17,751 nt of DNA, taken from assembly GCA_036679605.1 (NCBI GenBank), contig JAZDCZ010000051.1, positions 1 to 17,751 of the forward strand. The letters are read 5' to 3'. The position numbers and the translations under genes were made by a program. This DNA comes from Gemmatimonadota bacterium (GTDB lineage: Bacteria; Gemmatimonadota; Gemmatimonadetes; Gemmatimonadales; GWC2-71-9). Positions 14,501 to 17,751 of the stretch are shown in pieces (within the stretch, counting starts at the first letter, position 1; every line of letters begins with the position of its first letter). The notes beneath the pieces were generated by a model, which saw nothing but the letters and a program-made list of their open reading frames with translations, was not told where the DNA came from and did not search any database.

Positions 14501-15901
14501 TCACTTCAACAGAGAGTAGGACTTTCGTTTTTCGTTGATATTCTGATTGAGCCATTCCAGTAGATTCTGGGTCATGGTGACTTGCCAGAAGCGACCCGCA
14601 ATAGTGAGATCGACCCAGTCGGCCTTGCGGTTCAAGAGTCCCGCATACTGCCATTGCTCAAGGAGCGGCCCAATAATCGCATCCAGATCGAGCCCTGTGC
14701 GACGCTCCAGCTCTACCGCCAGACTAGTAAGATTGAGCCGCCCGCGCTCCATGCTCCCCTTGATGGGATCAAACAGTCCACGATGTTCGGATTGGTTCAA
14801 AAGGTGGGCCATCGGGTTTTCCCCTCGTTCTATCTGCGATCGGTAGGCCTTGAGATCGCCGTTGATGCGATAAGAGTAACCGTTCAAGGAGCCACCCGCG
14901 CCCGAGCCGAAAGCAAGGCAGTCAGCGCCTTTCTTCGCTTCCCGATTGTAGATATTGCGCTCTCGCGCGGTGCGCCTCCAATGGGTCGTCGAAATGGTTT
15001 CCCAGCACGCGTGCTCCAGCAGCTCGGAGCCACGTTCATAATAGGCGCCGTATTCGGTCTTTGCGGTAGGGGCAAATTTACCCTTCTCGATGGCGGTGAG
15101 CAGCGGCGTACCTGGTATGAGATTGAGGGCGTAAAGATCGACGCCGTCAAGGCCGATCTCGATGGCCGTGCGTACATCGGCCTCCCACATCTCCATCGAC
15201 TGATTAGGAAAACCGTAGATCAGGTCGATGATGACGGCCCCCTTGTCGACGGCGACCAGCTCTTCAAGGAATGCAATCACTTTCTCGCGCGACGCCTTGC
15301 GGCCCATTGAGCGGCGCAGTTCTTCATGAAAGCTCTGGACCCCGATAGACACCCGGTTGGCACCCGCGTCGAACACAGCCCTCATCTTGTCGCTCGTAAA
15401 ACTGTGGACGCGGCCCTCGATGGTAATCTCGCAGTCGGGTGCAAGCGGCAAATTCTTGCGCGTGGCTTGCACTAGCCGGGCAAGGTCGCGAGCCGATAGG
15501 GCGCTTGGTGTGCCACCGCCGAAATAGACCGCATGCACAGGACCTTGTGATTGATAGGGCAGGTCGGCTTCACGGCGTAGATTTTCGATCACGGCGTCCG
15601 TGTACGGCGTACCATTCTCATCGCGCCACCGGCTTTGGTAGAAGCCGCAGAACAGGCAGTGGTTCGCGCAAAAGGGGACATGCAGATAGGCAACGCTCTT
15701 GCCCCGGCGCGGCGTTGCGGTGATCTCTCGCCAGATTGACTCGCGCTCTTCTTCGGGCACAGGCGATATGCCGATAGAGGGATGCACAACCTTTCTCCCG
15801 TTGAAGGCATTCGCCAACGGGGTGCCATCCACGCTGGCAAAGAAATCCTCCAAGCTGCTCGGCGCCGCCATGCCGCCGTGGACCGGATGATGACGTTTCA
15901 T
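14501..15901 (-). CDS. hutW: Anaerobic haem-degrading radical SAM methyltransferase ChuW/HutW (HemN-like)
   Basis: YLHVPFCANHCLFCGF (CxxxCxxC), VYFGGGTPS, CEITIEGRV, ERNIYN and GRFWQVTM; paired with hutX. Start uncertain: ATG 15901 chosen, ORF open to TTG 15961. Confidence 0.9.
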   Translation of the reverse strand: MKRHHPVHGGMAAPSSLEDFFASVDGTPLANAFNGRKVVHPSIGISPVPEEERESIWREITATPRRGKSVAYLHVPFCANHCLFCGFYQSRWRDENGTPYTDAVIENLRREADLPYQSQGPVHAVYFGGGTPSALSARDLARLVQATRKNLPLAPDCEITIEGRVHSFTSDKMRAVFDAGANRVSIGVQSFHEELRRSMGRKASREKVIAFLEELVAVDKGAVIIDLIYGFPNQSMEMWEADVRTAIEIGLDGVDLYALNLIPGTPLLTAIEKGKFAPTAKTEYGAYYERGSELLEHACWETISTTHWRRTARERNIYNREAKKGADCLAFGSGAGGSLNGYSYRINGDLKAYRSQIERGENPMAHLLNQSEHRGLFDPIKGSMERGRLNLTSLAVELERRTGLDLDAIIGPLLEQWQYAGLLNRKADWVDLTIAGRFWQVTMTQNLLEWLNQNINEKRKSYSLLK

Positions 15902-16114
15902 CGGGAATTGCGCTTCGGCTTTAGTTCCGTTCCCACCAAACACGCTCAGAGCCTTCCGCAAAACCGGGTGCGATTCTAAAACGGTTCATCGCATTGGACA
16001 TCAAGACTTCGCTTCGGATTACCAAAAATAACGAGCCGGCCAGGTGATGCATGCCGTTCTACACAGACAAACGCGTGAAACACGATTGTTAGCATACAGA
16101 CTTGGGATACACCA

Positions 16115-16260
16115 CCCGGTGACCGCCTGGCACCTGTAGTCGCCGGACAGTAACAGGCCTGCATCGGTCTGGCCGGACGCCCGGACTCGCCGATGCCGGA
16201 GTCAGACGCGGCCGATTCGGCCGTGGATATCTTCGAGGGCCGAGCTGGCCTCGGTCCACA
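16115..16260 (+). repeat. Right copy of the direct repeat; includes a remnant of the cytochrome 3' end (16115-16153)
   Basis: 16115-16153 reads PGDRLAPVVAGQ*, versus PGGRLAPVSAGQ* at 2754-2792. The remainder covers the intergenic spacer and the last codons of the peptidase. Confidence 0.95.
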
Positions 16261-17578
16261 TATCCCCCATGAACACGCTCGTGGCCTCGTAGATTTTGGC
16301 GGCGACCGCATCGTCGCCGACGACGCCGGAGTGTCTCTGCACCGACTCGGCCGCGGTCGCAGCCGCGAGTTCAGCTTCGAGCTGACCGCGTAGGGCTTCG
16401 GCGCGCTCGGCCTGCCCTTGCTCCCAAGCGTCCCAAAACTTTCTAACCTCGGCCGCCCACCGTTCGGGAGCCTGTTCAACAGCGGTCAGCAGATCTTTGA
16501 AGCGCCACCAAGCACCGCCCGAGTCCGAACTGCCGCCTCCCTGCAACAACTCCTCCGGCAACTGTCCTTGAGGAAACAGCGGGAAAAACGGTCCGATACA
16601 TGGATTAGCCAGGGCCGCCCAGTACAGGGGCACAGCCTGCCCACGACGTAGTTCCGCGACCATCGATGCCGTAGTCGTGCCGACCGGATCGGCATGCATG
16701 CACACGCCGTAATAACGCTCGTCGTCCGGGCTTCGTCCCGGACGGTAGACCGAACCGCTGTCGTAGTGATCGCGCATGAGACGCTTTACCGCAGGTAAGT
16801 CGACGGAACCTTTGCCCACCTCACAGGTGCGCGCAAAGCGGGCCGAGGAGATCACCGGTGGCACGACAGAAACGTCACGGTAGGCGGCGGCGAAGTCCAA
16901 GCGCCCTCGTCCATCCCACCAGCCCTGCTCGCGCGCGTGTTCGCCACAGTCGGCCGACAAGCGACACCAATCGGCGCCAATCACCGCATGATTGCTCGCA
17001 CTGCCGGCGCCGTCGATTTCCCGCAGCGCCCAATGGCGCGCGGAAGCTTCGAGCAAAAACGCGCGGTCGGCATCGGCGATGAGGAAAGAATTATTGTAGG
17101 GCCAGTGGGTATCCAGATAGCCGGAGCCGCCTTGGCCGTGCTTTTCGATCAATGAGGTCGCCACGTTCACGGCCTTGAGTGCTGAGGGAGCCCGTTCGAG
17201 AGCCAGGCGAACCAAATCCATGCCCTGTAGTCCGGCGTCGGCGACCGGGTCTTTGGTAAAGATTGTATGATTGCCGGCAACGACACCGCACTCGTTCAAA
17301 CCGTGCTCGAGACCCCAGAGCCAGTAGGGCCCAGCGCCGAGCACGGCATAGGTATGGGGAACCTGATCGACTTCGATGTACTGGCACGATAATCGGCCGG
17401 CGGACGGCCAGTCGGCCGCGGCGATCTGCTTCAGGGGCTGACATTCGCCTGCGGGTCGATCGCTGTTCTTGGCGAAAACAGTATGTCCAGACATCGTTTT
17501 CTCGGCCAGGGCAACGAAGCTGTCACAAGCTATACGCGGATTTGCTACGGCATCTTCCTCGTTTTCTTCAACACGCAC
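16202..17578 (-). CDS. Peptidase family C69 (dipeptidase A / secernin-like Ntn-hydrolase)
   Basis: N-terminal nucleophile CDSFVAL, VFAKNSDRP, PYWLWGLEHGLNECGVVAGN, GMDLVRLALER, NNSFLIAD, VCMH and TTASMV. Confidence 0.88.
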   Translation of the reverse strand: MRVEENEEDAVANPRIACDSFVALAEKTMSGHTVFAKNSDRPAGECQPLKQIAAADWPSAGRLSCQYIEVDQVPHTYAVLGAGPYWLWGLEHGLNECGVVAGNHTIFTKDPVADAGLQGMDLVRLALERAPSALKAVNVATSLIEKHGQGGSGYLDTHWPYNNSFLIADADRAFLLEASARHWALREIDGAGSASNHAVIGADWCRLSADCGEHAREQGWWDGRGRLDFAAAYRDVSVVPPVISSARFARTCEVGKGSVDLPAVKRLMRDHYDSGSVYRPGRSPDDERYYGVCMHADPVGTTTASMVAELRRGQAVPLYWAALANPCIGPFFPLFPQGQLPEELLQGGGSSDSGGAWWRFKDLLTAVEQAPERWAAEVRKFWDAWEQGQAERAEALRGQLEAELAAATAAESVQRHSGVVGDDAVAAKIYEATSVFMGDMWTEASSALEDIHGRIGRV

Positions 17579-17751
17579 AGCAGCTATGGCAAGTAGCTAC
17601 ATCACAGGGTTCGGTTTCGCGTTCGGCCAGTGCCCGCCGCCGCTCCAACCAGAGATAATCACGATCTATATGGTGGTCGATGAAATCCCATGGGAAAAGT
17701 GCATCGTGGGGGTAGCTTGCGTACACGAAGCGATCCGGGTCGATGGCTACG

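Larger units (their letters stand above)
2909..16114. mobile_element. Putative horizontally acquired haem/iron-utilisation genomic island (no integrase or transposase seen)
   Basis: A functionally coherent accessory cluster lying exactly between two copies of the cytochrome/peptidase junction. Confidence 0.65.

Noticed and set aside
13625..15310. Long + strand ORFs 13625..14308 and 14582..15310
   Set aside because: Antisense shadows of hutX and hutW in GC-rich DNA, with no motifs.

Overview
GC-rich bacterial DNA. The dockerin-like and Cys-rich secreted domains and the tandem ArsA-like pair suggest a Binatota/Myxococcota/deltaproteobacteria-type host (inference only). The centre of the window (about 2909-16114) is a ~13.2 kb haem/iron-acquisition island. 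On the + strand it holds a Fur box, a small Mu-Com-like 4-Cys zinc-ribbon gene, a structured leader, secreted protein A, a TonB-dependent receptor, secreted protein B (a paralogue of A with a dockerin-like tail), hemS, hmuTUV, a small Cys/His protein and exbB-exbD-tonB. A convergent hutW-hutX pair lies on the - strand. The island is bracketed by a ~150 bp imperfect direct repeat (2754-2908 and 16115-16260; 128/146 identical by hand plus a 9-bp indel). The repeat duplicates the tail-to-tail junction between a c-type cytochrome gene (now frameshifted) and a C69/secernin peptidase gene, and no integrase is visible. The left flank has two ArsA/Get3-like ATPases and a phasin-like protein with a basic tail. 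The most novel elements are (i) a Com-like regulator followed by a leader whose stem occludes the next gene's Shine-Dalgarno, resembling the phage Mu com-mom switch, and (ii) two paralogous secreted proteins of no family I recognise flanking the receptor, which are candidate new haemophores.
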